From contig NC_082711.1 in the NCBI RefSeq assembly GCF_030144855.1, forward strand, positions 128,278,001 to 128,342,000: a stretch of DNA of 64,000 nucleotides. The letters are read 5' to 3'. The stretch comes from Hypanus sabinus. Lineage: Eukaryota. Shown here in pieces: positions 24,490-37,080 of the stretch. The position numbers and the translations under genes were made by a program. Each line of letters begins with the position of its first letter. The stretch's first letter is position 1. A model generated the notes under the pieces. That model was given only the letters and a program-made list of their open reading frames with translations. It was not told where the DNA came from and searched no databases.

Positions 24490-26545
24490 TACTGGTAGAG
24501 TTTGAGAAAAGTGCCAGGAAGGAACTCAAGAATGAAATTAGGAGAATTAGAAGGGGCCATGAGAAGGCCTTGGCGAGCAGGATTAAGGAAAATTGGGGTT
24601 TCTACAAGTATGTGAAGAGCAAGAGGATGAGCCGTGTGAGAATACCACCAGTCATGGGCGAGAGTGGAAACATGCATGGAGAGGGAGGAGGTAATTAATG
24701 AATACTTTGCTTGAGTATTCACAGTGAAAATGACCTTGGCAAATGTGGGGATGTCTTGCGGTAGACTAAAATGCTTGAGTGTATAGACGTTAAGACAGAG
24801 GATGTGCTGGAGCTTTTGAAACGTATTAAGTTAGATAAGTCATCGGGACTGGTTGGGATATATCCCAAGCTACTGTGAGAAGGGAGGAGATTGTTAAGCC
24901 TCTGGCAATTATCTTTGCATCATTAGTAGGTGATGGGAGAAGTACCAGAGGATTGGAAGGTTGCAAATGCTGTTCCCTTGTTCAAGAAAGGGAGTAGAGA
25001 TAACCCAGGAAATGATAGACTAGTGAGTCTTATTTCTGTGGTGATCAAGTTGCTGAAGATCCTGAAAGGCAGCATTCCTGAGAATCTAGAGAGACACAAT
25101 CCAATTAGGGATAGTCATCATGACTTTGTCAAGGGCAGGTCATGTCTTACGAGCCTGATTGAATTCTTTAAGGACGTAACAAAGCATATTGAGCGGTGGA
25201 TGTAGTGTTTCTGGATTTCTGTAAGGCATTTGATAAGGTTCCCCATGCAAGACTCATTCAGAAAGTAAGGAGGTATGAGATCCAAGGAGACCTTGCTTTG
25301 TGGGTTTGCCCACGGAAGGCAAAGAGTGGTTGTATGTGGGTCATATTCTGCATGGAGGTCAGTGACCGTGGTGTTGCACAGGGATCTGTTCTTGGACCCC
25401 TCCTCTTTGTGATTTTTATGAATGACCTGGATGATGAAGTTGAAGGGTGGGTTAGTAAGTTTGCGGACAAAGGTTGGGGGTGTTGTGGATAGTCTGGAGG
25501 TTGTCAGAAGTTACAGTGGGACATCGACAGGATGCAGAACTGATTGAGAAGTGGCAGATGGAGTTCAGCCCAGAGAAGTGTGAAGTGGTTCATTTCAGAA
25601 GGTCAACCGTGGGATTGAGTTCAAGAGCTGTGAGGTAATGTTACAGCTATATAAGACCTTAGTTAGAACCCACTTGGAATAATGTGCTCAGTTCTGGTCA
25701 TCTCATTACAAGAAGTATGTGGATACTATAGAGAGTGCAGAGGAGATTTACAAGGATGTTGCTTGGATTGGGGAGCATGCCTTATGAGAATAGGTTGAAT
25801 GAACTTGACCTTTTCTCCTTGGAGCAGCTATTTTTCTAAGCTCCATGTCTATTTTTCTAAGTCTCCTAAAAGACCCTATTTTATCTGCCTCTATCACCAT
25901 CTCTGGCAGCCCATTCCATGCACTCACCACTCTCTGCATTAAAAAAACAACTTACCCCTGACATCTCCTCTGTACCTACTTCCAAGCACCTTAAAACTGT
26001 GCCCTCTCGTGCTAACCATTTCAGCCCTGGGAAAAGGCCTCTGACTATCCACATGATCAATGCCTCTCATTATCTTATACACCTCTATCAGGTCACCTCT
26101 CATCCTCTGTTGCTCCAAGGAGAAAAGGCCGAGTTCACTCAATAAGGCATGCTCCCCAATCCAAGCAACATCCTTGTAAATCTCCTCTGCACTCTCCACA
26201 TACGTATATACGTATACGTATAGTATCCACATACGTATATAGCTGTAACATTACCTCACAGCTCTTGAACTCAATCCCACGGTTGACCTTCTGAAATGAA
26301 CCACTTCACACTTCTCTGGGCTGAACTCCATCTGCCACTTCTCAATCAGTTCTGCATCCTATCGATGTCCCACTGTAACTTCTGACAACCTCTAGACTAT
26401 CCACAACACCCCCAACCTTTGTGTCATCTGCAAACTTACGAACCCACCCTTCTACTTCTTCATCGAGGTCATGTATAAAAATCACAAAGAGGAAGAGTCC
26501 AAGAACAGATCCCTGTGCAACACCACCGGACACTGACCTCCATTA
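24490..26545. mobile_element. Tail-to-tail CR1 pair (plus 24490-25828, minus 25829-26545)
   Basis: RT peptides on both strands. About 25353-25790 is the reverse complement of about 26140-26545. Confidence 0.85.
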
Positions 26546-26985
26546 AGCGATTTTCTTTTGTAAATAACTGAAGCTCTTGCTCTAGTCCCTATCGTCTGCG
26601 CCTTTCTTTTCCCTACTTAGCCTGTTAATCAATTCTACAATGTCGCTCTCTGCCTTGTTGGTCATCCTGTCGTGCACGATCTTTTAATGCAGCATGCCAC
26701 CAATTGTCTTTAAAAATCCATTATTTGTGAAGGAAGCAGAGTTTTTGGTTGTATTTGTATTTTATGAAACTTGGAATTTGAGAGATATAAATTGGGATAA
26801 TCAATAAAAGGATTGCTCAACTGGTGAGTCTCATTTTATAGCTGCAAATGGGTGGGATCATTTGGTGCTATTTGGGGAGGTCGATGTGCCTGAAGTCATT
26901 CTAACAAAACAAAAAAAAATTGTATCTGGAATGCCATTGGAGTACCGCTGCTGTGCATCTAATAAATAATTGAATTCATTCACAG

Positions 26986-27081
26986 CCTGAAATTATCTCT
27001 ACTCCGAACTTTGTTGTGGAAGTGACCAAACTGTCGAATAACCAGAGCCTGGTGTTTGACTGCCATTATCCTGAGGATGAG
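26986..27081 (+). CDS. C1QBP: C1QBP exon 4
   Basis: cag|CCT...GAG|gtgagt. Encodes PEIISTPNFVVEVTKLSNNQSLVFDCHYPEDE. 96 nt. Confidence 0.96.
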
Positions 27082-27399
27082 GTGAGTATTTATACAAAAT
27101 TCATTGCAATTAACTACAATGTTCCAGATGTCAATTAGAGGCTCAACCCAATGCATAGCGTTTAAAAACAATTAAAAGCAAACAATGTTCCTTTAGCACT
27201 TTTCTTTCCACCACTGATTGGCTGTGCCCTTGGCCACTTTGACCCAGTGTCATGAAGAAGTGGTGTGCATGAGGAAGACAGGTAAAAGTAGGTCCCAGAT
27301 TGAATGTGATTCAAATGAGAGAAAGTTACAAAGCAGTGGCTGTGTTCAGTGAAGCAGGAATAGTGTTGAGCAAGGGTAATCCTATGGAGCTGAGCTTTG

Positions 27400-28215
27400 T
27401 AGAACATGGGTGGGATCTGTAATCATAGAATCACAGGAGGAGTTCTTCCTGTACAAAAGGGACGGGTTACACCTGAACCCAAGGAGGGCCCATGCCCTTA
27501 AGGAACAGCAGGATAGATGGCAGATTGGCTGACTGGGAATAAAGGGGAACGTTTCAGGTTGACTACAGGTGACGTGAGATGAGATTCCCTAAAGGTTAAT
27601 TTGCAGGTTGAGTCAGCTGTGAGGAAAGCAATGATAGCATTAATTTCGAGTGGACCAGAATATGGGAGCAAGGATGTAATGCTGAGGCTTATAAGGCTTT
27701 GGTCAGACTGCCCTTGGAGTATAGTGAGCAGTTTTGGGCCCGTTATCAAAGGAAAGATGTGCTGATGATGGAGAGGGTTCAGAGGAGGTTCACGAAAATG
27801 ATTCTGGGATTGAAAAACTCATCACTGATTGGGCCTGTACCCTCTGGAATTCAGAAGAATGAGGGGAGATTTCATTGAAACTTAATGAATATTGAAAGGC
27901 CTTGAACGAGTGGATGGGGAGAGGATGGGATCTAAGACCAGAGGGCACAGCCTCTGAGGGACATACATTTGTAACAGAGATGAGGAATTTCTTTAGCCAG
28001 ATGGTGGTAAATCAAGAATTCATTGCCATAGGTGGCTTTGGAGGCTAAGCTTTTGAATATATTTAAAGCAGAGATTGATGGGTTCTTGATTAATTAAGGT
28101 GTCGAAGGTTATGGAGAGAGCAGGGGAATGGAGTTGAGAGGAATAATAAATCTGACACGATGGAATGGTGGACTTGATGTGCCAAATGACCTAATTCTGC
28201 TCCTATATCTTCTGT
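27400..28215 (+). mobile_element. CR1 remnants (internally deleted)
   Basis: Decayed ORF1, RT and 3' tail similarity. Confidence 0.7.
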
Positions 28216-28960
28216 CTCATTTTAGAAAGTGGCAGGTTACTGCTGTGCATAACCACATCAGTGCTGCTGGTATTTCTAACATGGACCCTTCTGAGTAGGG
28301 GAAGATGTGGGAATGTGTGTTGTTTTGGTAAATGCAGAAAGGTTTATAAAGAGGAAGTGTTATTGATCTGTAGCATTTAACTTATTACGTTCCTCAGATG
28401 CTGCTTGAATTCTCCCAGCATTTGACTTTTACAGAAATAGATTTATTACCACTAACTTATGACATGAAATTTGAATGTGGCAGCAGTACCATGCCGACTT
28501 AAAATTACAAAAATAAACAGTGCCAAAAATGGAGGGCAGAAAAGTCATGATTATTCCAGATTCATAAATAAAACTTGTAACAAAAATAGGGTATGTTGGA
28601 GGTACAGTAGCAGATGGTGATTACAGGAATGTCCAAGAAACAAGTAGATGGATGTGAACATATTTACTACTCATTTCTGAGCTCACAGTGGTGTTGGTGG
28701 ACTCCATTATATTGTGGCAGGACTTGTGGTGATGTTTCCTCAATGTGAGATTGACTACAAATAGTTGGAGATCTTTTGGAAAAAGAATAGTTAGTGTTAG
28801 AGGTAAACCTGCATAATTTCACTCTATTTAACAGGGCCAGTTTTGAAACACCTGGATGTAGTGTTTAATCTTTGGATATAATCCATTTACATGGGTGCAC
28901 TCCCTCATTTTGAGTTTCTTGTGTTATTAACATGACAACTATTTGTGTTTAAAATAACAG

Positions 28961-29083
28961 ATTGGGCATGGTGAAGAGGATGAGAGTGACATATTTGCCA
29001 TCAGGGAAGTCAGTTTTCAGCCCACTGGAGAGGATGATTGGAAAGATACCAGCTATACCCTTAACACAGATTCCCTAGACTGG
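28961..29083 (+). CDS. C1QBP: C1QBP exon 5
   Basis: cag|ATT...TGG|gtaagt. Encodes IGHGEEDESDIFAIREVSFQPTGEDDWKDTSYTLNTDSLDW. 123 nt. Confidence 0.96.
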
Positions 29084-29239
29084 GTAAGTGGTCTGCCTAT
29101 AATGTGAATTCGGAACTCCAAGGCAAGTTCTTTTTTTTCTTTTTTCTTGCATGAGATCTTCCATCCAGTTATGTATTATCTGGTCTGCTTAAGTTTCTCT
29201 TGCTATTTTCATGTTCACTGATTCATTCCATGGAACAGC

Positions 29240-29360
29240 TCACCCTCTGGTTAACAATGCAGAGACTGATCCTATGGTAAACAAACATTGCTTCTGTCAT
29301 TCACCCTCTGGTTAACAATGCAGAGACTGATCCTGTGGTAAACAGACATTGCTTCTGTCA
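29240..29360. repeat. 60-bp tandem duplication in C1QBP intron 5
   Basis: tcaccctctggttaacaatgcagagactgatcct(a/g)tggtaaaca(a/g)acattgcttctgtca occurs twice. Confidence 0.9.
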
Positions 29361-29827
29361 GTCCCTGAAGGGAGGACAATCCAGCTTTGCCTAATCTTGT
29401 AGCTCCTACAATCTCATCCTGGTAAACCTCTTCTGCACCTTCTCCACATCCTTCCAAGCGCTGACTGACTTAAGTTTTGTATAAATACAGCATGACATCT
29501 GTACTTTTAAACTCAACACCCCTATGTGAATGCCATATGCCCCCTTGCATAGCCACTTTTAGTGAACCATGGACATGAGCCCCAAGGTCCTCTGTACTAC
29601 TTTAACCTGTCACTAACTGTATTTTTTAAGCTTGGTCTCCCGAAGTGCAACACCTCACATTTGCCTGGGTTAAGCTATCTGCCAATTCTCTGCCACTTCA
29701 TAACTGATCGAATATATTGCTGTAGTCTGAGAGTCTTTTACTCTGCTTGTCTCTGTACCCTCTCCAGAAACCGTTGTATTCACCCGTTACTGTTAACTGT
29801 ACTGAATGACCCTAATTGCTCCCTTAG

Positions 29828-29974
29828 GCCCTCTACGACCATCTGATGGACTTTCTTACTGACCGTGGGATCGATAATAAGTTTGCTGATGAACTCGTTG
29901 AGCTGAGCACTGCGCTGGAACACCAGGAGTACATCAAGTTTCTCGAAAACCTAAATAGTTTTATCAAGTGCTGA
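29828..29974 (+). CDS. C1QBP: C1QBP exon 6 (terminal, TGA)
   Basis: tag|GCC. Encodes ALYDHLMDFLTDRGIDNKFADELVELSTALEHQEYIKFLENLNSFIKC*. Total CDS 837 nt, 278 aa. Confidence 0.96.
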   Translation, partial: ALYDHLMDFLTDRGIDNKFADELVELSTALEHQEYIKFLENLNSFIKC

Positions 29975-30227
29975 TCATTTCCTTTGTCTCCCTGCTTTTT
30001 GATTTTATAATGGTCTGAATGTTTAAATTATTTTACAATAGATTATGTACAAAGGTATCTTCTGGTACCCCACTCTTTAATTGGCTTAATTATGTGAAAG
30101 ATGCTGGAATAGCCGAAATAATGTCTAAATTGTACAATGATTATGAGAATGTTATCCAAAAAGCAGGCTCATTAGCAACTTGTTTATATTGTAACTAAAT
30201 TAAGATGTAACTGGGAAAGATGTCTTG

Positions 30228-30233
30228 AATAAA
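30228..30233 (+). terminator. Probable C1QBP polyadenylation signal AATAAA
   Basis: First AATAAA after the stop codon (about 250 nt downstream), followed by GT/T-rich sequence. Confidence 0.65.
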
Positions 30234-31729
30234 AATGTCCAATTGAATTCTTGTGATGCTGTGCATTTGTGAGATGGAAGAAGGGGAAAGAACATGTATT
30301 CAACTCCAAATGAAATTGCATTGCATAAAATTGTCATTCATTTTATTTCACAAAATGCTGTTTTCATTTACCAAGATAATCCAATTCAGTTTCTTCACAG
30401 ATGTGATTGCTGGCTATGCCAGTGGTGTATCCTGATGCTTGGTTAGCAGGAGAGGCTTATGGACAACATGTTGCAGTTAGCAGAAGTGATGCTTGGTCAG
30501 CAGGAGGGACCTGATTTCCAGAGATGTCTGCGGAATATGCATGCTTGCTCTGTGATCAGGTGGCTATTCCCCAGCATTCCAAAGACAAGTTCATTGATTA
30601 ACTGGTTGCTGTAAAGTGGCCCTCGTATGTACTTGGGGGGAAGAAAAGAATAATAAGAATAATCTTTTTTAAATGTGAGATTGCTGTAAATAACTGGTTG
30701 ATGAAGATGCAGTTGTATGCCTCCATGTGATGAGGCTTTCACGTTAAGATTCTCGGGAGTGCCTTCCTGAGACAACTTTATTACAGTATTAGGAAGGGTG
30801 ACCAAGGCCATCGAATGGCATTACAACAATGGTTGATCAGCTGCGATATGCTGCAGTTCTTCTTTCTGATCTTTGGCCAACCTACTGCTGAATGGGGAGA
30901 AATTCACTGAGACTGCACAGATAAATCACAAGTGATTTGTAGAACATGAGTATTTATGATTGAACTAGTCTGTCATAAAGGCAGGCCAACAATTCTACTT
31001 TATTGAATGAATTATCCCCACTGGTTCAAGAGGATAACTTCACTTGCCCCATCACTGAACTGTTCCCACAATCTGTGGACTCACTTTCAAGGACTCTTCA
31101 TCTCATGTTCTCAATATTTATTCCTTGTTTATTTTTCTTTTGTATTTGCACAGTATGCCTGCATCAAAAGGAATCTCAGTTGTACATGATGACATTTTGA
31201 CAATAAATTTACTTCGAACTTGGCATCTAAAGGGTGTCATATCAACAATGCAGCATTCATGCAGTATTGGTCTCACCTTGGCAATGTAACTAAATTAGAC
31301 CATCTGCTTGCTGACTAACTTTAGAGTTGCAGTGTCTCAGATTAAAGTAAATGGCAATATTACAATAATGAAGTTGGCATTAGTTCATTTTGCTCTGCAG
31401 CTTGCCCTGATGCCACAGAGATTACTTACCGAGAAACTGCTCAGATAACCTTTAGAAAATCCTGATGATTTGGCATCTGGCTCACCAGCTAACATTCACT
31501 GCATGCCCTCCAACTCATCTTGGGCTCCTGGCTCATAAGCTCTCATTAAATTCACCTGGCTCACTGAGAAATATATGAAGATACTGTATAGTATCTTAAT
31601 TTTAAAAAATTGTGATTTTAATAACATCCAATAGTTCAGAAAATGTGTTAATTCAGCATTGAAGTCCCAAATGTGCCAGATAGCATTCTACTGTTTTTAA
31701 GAGGGTTAAACATTTTTGTACTGCGAGTA

Positions 31730-32935
31730 TCATAGAAACCCACAGCCCTTTGACCCACAATGTTGTGCCAACCATGTAACCTACTCTGAAAACTCAAGAA
31801 TTTCCCTACTGCATAGCCCTCTATTTTTCTAAGCTCCATCCAAGAGTCTCTTAAAAGACCCTATTGTATCTGCCTCTACCACCATCACTGGCAGTGCATT
31901 CCACACACCCACCACTGTGAAAAACATACCTCAAACTTCCAAGCACCTTAAAACTATGCCCTCTTGTGTTAGCCAGTTCAGCCCTAGAGGGAAAAAGCCT
32001 CTGACTATCCACATGATCAATATCACTCATCATCTTATACACCTCTATCAGGTCACCTCTCATTCCAAGGAGAAAAGGCCAAGTTCACTCAACCTATTCT
32101 CATAAGGCATTGAGAATCCAGGCAACAGCCTGGATCTCCTTTGCACCCTCTCTATAGTATCCACATCCTGTAGTGAGACTAGAACTGAACACAGTATTCC
32201 CAAGTGGGGTCTAAGGTCTTATATGGCTTTAACATTACCTCACGACTCTTGAATTCAATTCCACAGTTGATGAACACCTGCCTTAATAACACTATCAACC
32301 TGTGCAGCAGCTTTGAGTGTCCCAAGATCTCACTGATCCTTCACACTGCTAGGTGTCATACCATTAATATATTGTCTTCAAGTTTGACGTACTGAAATGA
32401 ACCACTTCACACTTGAACCTCATCTGCCTCTTCTCAGCCTAGTTCTGCATCCTATCGATGTCCCGTTGTAACCTCTGACAACTCCACAGACTATCCACAA
32501 CACCCCCAACTTCTGTGTCATCACCAAACTTACTAACCCACCCTTCTACTTCATCATCTAGGTCATTTATAAAAATCACAGAGGAGGGGTCCCAGAACAT
32601 ATCCCTGCAGACCACCACTGGTCACCAACCTCCATGCAGAATTTGAACCATTCACAACCACTTTTTGACTTCAGTGGGCAAGCCAATTCTGGATCCACAA
32701 AGTCACCTTGGATCCCATGCCTCATTACTTTCTGAATGAGCCTCATCTAGGGAACCTCATGAAATGCTCTTCCTTCATCAATGGGCTTTGTTACATCCTC
32801 AAAGAATTCAATCAGGCTCATAAGGCACAACCTGACCTTGACAAAGCCATGTTGACTATCCCTAATCAGATTATGTCTCTCCAAATACTCATAAATCCTG
32901 CCTCAGGATCTTCTCCAATAACTTACCCATCACTT
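31730..32935 (-). mobile_element. CR1 RT/3' fragment
   Basis: RGDLIEVYKMM...TRGHSFKV peptide and CR1 tail. Confidence 0.8.
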
Positions 32936-33171
32936 TAATCGCGTAACTTGTTAATATAGGATATTTTAAATCAATGACCAATTTGTCTAATATTGTTTAA
33001 GATCAGATCATATAGCCCGCCAGATTTGTTCAAGAAATAAATTGTGAATATTGCTTTGATTTTCTTAAAAATCACTGAAAAACAATCTCAGCCTCTGCAT
33101 TCATTATTATAAAGGGTTCACAAATCACGATGGTCCTTGAGGAAACCAAAGAGTATTTTCCTTTTCATTCT

Positions 33172-33938
33172 ACACGCACAAAATGCTGGTGGAATACAGC
33201 AGGCCAGGCAGCATCTATAAGGAGAAGCACTGTCGACGTTTCAGGCCAAGACCCTTCACCTGTGAGTCGGCTGGCATGGTATACTGCATCCGATGCTCCT
33301 GGTGTGGCCTTTTATATATTGGTGAGACCTGACACAGACTGGGAGACCATTTTGCTGAACACCTACGCTTGGTCTGCCAGAAAAAGCAGGATCTCCCAGT
33401 GGCCACACATTTTAATTCCACGTCCCATTCCCATTCTGATATGTCTATCCATGGCCTCCTCTACTATCAAGATGAAGCCACACTCAGGTTGAAGGAACAA
33501 CACCTTATATACCAGCTGGGTAGCATCCAACCTGATGGCATGAACATTGACTTCTCCAACTTCCGTTAATGCCCCTCCTCCCCTTCTTAACCCATGCCTG
33601 TTCTCCATCTCCCTCTGGTGCTCCCTCCACCACCCTTTCTTTCTCCCGAGGCCTCCCGTCCCATGATTCTTTCCCTTCTCCAGCTCTGTAGCACTTTCAC
33701 CAATCACTTTTCCAGCTCTTAGCTTCATCCCACTCCCTCCGGTCTTCTATCATTTTGCATTTCCCCCTCCCCCCACTACTTTCAAATCTCTTACTACCTT
33801 TCCTTTCAGTTATTCCTGACGAAGGGTCTCGGCCCGAAACGTCGACAGCGCTTCTCCCTATAGATGCTGCCTGGCCTGCTGTGTCCCACCAGCATTTTGT
33901 GTGTGTTTGAATTTCCAGAATCTGCAGATTTCCTCGTG
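33172..33938 (+). mobile_element. 5'-truncated Penelope-like element: GIY-YIG C-terminus, 3' pseudo-LTR, inverted 5' terminus, about 15-bp TSD
   Basis: YIGET..RLGDHFAEH...DLPVATHFNSTSHSHSDMSIHGLL...EQHLIYQLGSIQPDGMNIDFSNFR is a Penelope GIY-YIG end. 33172-33258 is an inverted copy of the 3' terminus. TTTCCTTTTCATTCT at 33157-33171 and 33939-33953. Confidence 0.9.
33808..33850 (+). ncRNA. Minimal type-I hammerhead ribozyme motif in the Penelope terminus
   Basis: CUGACGA (33816-33822), A, stem II GGGU-CUCG-GCCC, GAAAC-GUC (33836-33843). Stem III is the palindrome ACGU (dimer type). Stem I (GUUAUUC/GACAGC) is imperfect. Confidence 0.75.
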
Positions 33939-34204
33939 TTTCCTTTTCATTCTGTTCATTTAAGTATGTCAATCAAATCCTTTCAACAAAGGCAACTTAA
34001 ATAGGCACCAAAAATGTGGCTGAAGCAATGAACTGTTATTTTGTCCCATCCCCAAATACAGACAAAACTTATTATTGCATCCTTGAGGTCCAACTTGGTA
34101 TTATATTCTTGTTTTATTGAACCACATGGGGAGGGGAGGGGATGAATTTTAAAAAGTAACTTTCCACTTGGGGTAAATATACATATGTACACAATAAAAA
34201 TATC

Positions 34205-34210
34205 TTTATT
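34205..34210 (-). terminator. Candidate RPAIN polyadenylation signal (AATAAA on minus strand; a second at 34113-34118)
   Basis: TTTATT on the plus strand about 110 and 200 nt past the RPAIN stop codon. Confidence 0.5.
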
Positions 34211-34320
34211 AAAGGTAGAAAGCAGAACATACAGTGTAGTGTGGCAAAGTATAGATTTCTCATTGAAGAGATATTTGTTCATCGCTATTTTTCTGACAGG
34301 ATCTCAGAAGACTTATGGGA

Positions 34321-34350
34321 CTATAGGATGACAGACAGGTAATCACAAGC
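34321..34350 (-). CDS. RPAIN: RPAIN exon 7 (terminal, TAG)
   Basis: ttttttctttcag|GCT TGT GAT TAC CTG TCT GTC ATC CTA TAG gives ACDYLSVIL* (human ACDTWAVIL). Confidence 0.9.
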   Translation of the reverse strand, partial: ACDYLSVIL

Positions 34351-35419
34351 CTGAAAGAAAAAACAAATATGTAACACAAACTAACACAAGGTGGTATACT
34401 AAAGTAAATTAGAAGACATTAACTATTTTGTAGTTAAAAGATAACTTGTATTACCATAGAAAACTGATGTCAGGTTACATTGCTGTGGGGGAGCACAAGT
34501 CCACTGAGTAGATTAGTTTGAAGGGGGCATCCTTTTTAATAATTTGCAGTCATACAACTAGTGGGATAATTTTCTTCCCTTCACAACTTAATGTAAAAAT
34601 GAATATACATTCATGCATATCACACGAGGAGGAATTTCTCTTCCAAATCTCAGACCACCATGCTTGGAAACATACAAATGTACTTTCGATCAAGTTCTGG
34701 AACTACCTCTACAGATACAGCATGACCAGTGCTTTAACTACAAGGACCATAACAGATGGGGACATGCATCTGCGAAACAGCTCCAGCAACCTGAGCTTCA
34801 CTCTGACCTTCGGTACTGTCATACTTCCACGGTCTGGCTCCTTCCTTGTCCCAAAGGTAGGGTGGTGGGTGGATTAACTGCCTGGGTTAAATTATTTTTG
34901 GTGGTGTACTTAAGTGGAAGGGGAATCATGTACAACAGTGGGTTACAGGGAAATGCACAGTTAATGTGGTGTGTGGACATAACAGCCTGCAGTTGAGGCT
35001 TAAAGGGACAGCAATGGCTGCATAGTGGTCCAGAGTTTCACTAAGCCAAGATATCCATTTCCACAATGTACCTTTTTGTACTGGACATGTTGGTTACACT
35101 CTGGATTCCAGGACTGGAAAACAGCAAATATAAATTAAGAAAGGAGGGAGAGAGTGAGGCTGACATCAGGAATCTGTTAATTTAGAAGTAATAGCAACAT
35201 ATGTAGAAAGCTTTAAGATAACAGACGTTGCTTTGCAAAAAGAGACATTGTGTTTGTCACTTCTTATGGAGTTCTCAGACAATGTAAAATCAGAATAGAT
35301 AAAGTACACTACTAGCTGTAGTGTACTTGGATTTCTAGAAAGCATGAAAGGTACTGCACAAGAAAAGGCCATGCAAAGTTGGGTGTAATGGAATTGAAAG
35401 GGAACTGAATAATTAACAG

Positions 35420-36314
35420 CACTGGTCCCCAACTGGTCCTGGTAGCAAAGCATGTGCTACCAGGCCTCGAAGAAACAATACGAGTCAGCTGCACCTTTCC
35501 TCATTGGCTGTCACGCCCACTGTTGAACATGAACGCACACGAGGTCATCAGTCGCCTAAACGGAGTGACACCCTCTTGCCAGGGATCACTAGTTGGCCTC
35601 AGGTAACTGACCGCCTCACGTAGCCGCCGAGAAGTGCCGTCGCTACTGGCCTGGAGCACGGACAGATGGGCACTGCCTCTAAACCTGTTTAGCGCACTAA
35701 ATGTACGTGAGGAACCTGGTGATAAAGTATTCGCAGACAACCTAATTCAGGTTCAGGGTTTTGTAAGTAGCAGAGCAGCTACCTCACTGCCATCTACCGA
35801 GAGTTATCCCTCGAGCCAAACTTCTGTCGGCTGATAGATCCTACAAGGGGATCCTGTACGCACTCTGTCGCACCCCTCGCTCAGTTAGTCGCTCTCTCCG
35901 GAGTGCAACAGCCGCAGCCCCGGCATGGGGACCTCCAGCCCTCACCCCACCCACGACCAGCCGCACCTGGCCAAGGTGTCTGGCGGCGGGCGGGCGGGAA
36001 GTTGGAGTTCGGGCCCAGAGGCTGTCTAATGAGGCAATGAAGCCCTCAAAACTGCTTCAGTACCTTGAGTTCATGCACCCTGCACTTAAAGACAAACCCA
36101 TTGAGTTTTTCTGAGTGGGAAAAAAAAACATGAGCATGCGGGACAGAAGCAAGTGCTGATAGCCACTTAAACTAAATTGCAGAATAGACTGGACATAAGG
36201 AACCTCCTTCGAGTATCGCTGTATTCCCGTCGCGTTTAACACCCACCGCCACCCGCCGGCCAGTCCACAAGAATATTAAACCAGTCCACGGTGCAAAAAC
36301 GTTGGTGACCACTG
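35420..36314 (+). mobile_element. Non-autonomous hAT (Charlie/Buster-like) DNA transposon
   Basis: TIRs CACTGGTCCCCAAC and GTTGGTGACCACTG. 8-bp TSD ATTAACAG (35412-35419) and ACTAACAG (36315-36322). Transposase relic LSNEAMKPSKLLQYLEFMHPALKDKPIEFF at about 36022-36111. Confidence 0.88.
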
Positions 36315-37080
36315 ACTAACAGAATGGGTCACTCTTGGACCACAGGGATCGTGAGTCTGTGGATTTTTACATCTTGCTGGCTTGGTGAAGGGTCCAAACG
36401 TACTGGAACTAACACTTCAAGAATATACAAGTTAACAAGTTCAGGACAGAAATGAACAAGCTGTTTCTATATGGGAAAATGTGGGATTCCCAATTGGGAA
36501 AGAAGAATTTTTAAAAAAACAAAGTGTGATGACACAACGCTACTTTGCATTAGAACTGAGCCGGCAAGGAATTTCTTTAAATCTGTGGAATTCATAGCCA
36601 CGGACAGCTGCAGAGGCCAAGTCGTTGGATATATTTCAAGCAGAGGTTGATAGTACTTCATCAGTAAAGGTATCAAAGGTTACAAGGAGAATGCAGTAGA
36701 ATGGGGTTGAGGAAAAACAAATCTGTCATGATTGAATGGCAGAGGATATAGATGGGCCAAACAGCATAATTCTGCTCCTATGTCTTATGTTGTAGCACAA
36801 AGGCTTGTATGGGTCTGAAAATACATACTACAAAGTTGAACAACAAGTTGAGAGACCAATAGAATGCAGTCCTTCACTGCATGAGGGGTGCAGTATTAAA
36901 GTAATGAAGTTTGGTGCCAGTTTAGGGGAAGTTGGCAAGACCACACCTGGCATCTTGTATACAGTTTTGGCATTCAATAGATTGATTCCTGTGATGAATT
37001 GATTGATATATGAAGAAAGGCTGGGCCTACACTAAATTGAGGTAATCTTACAGATTCATAAAAGTTTGTGGGGAAGGCAT

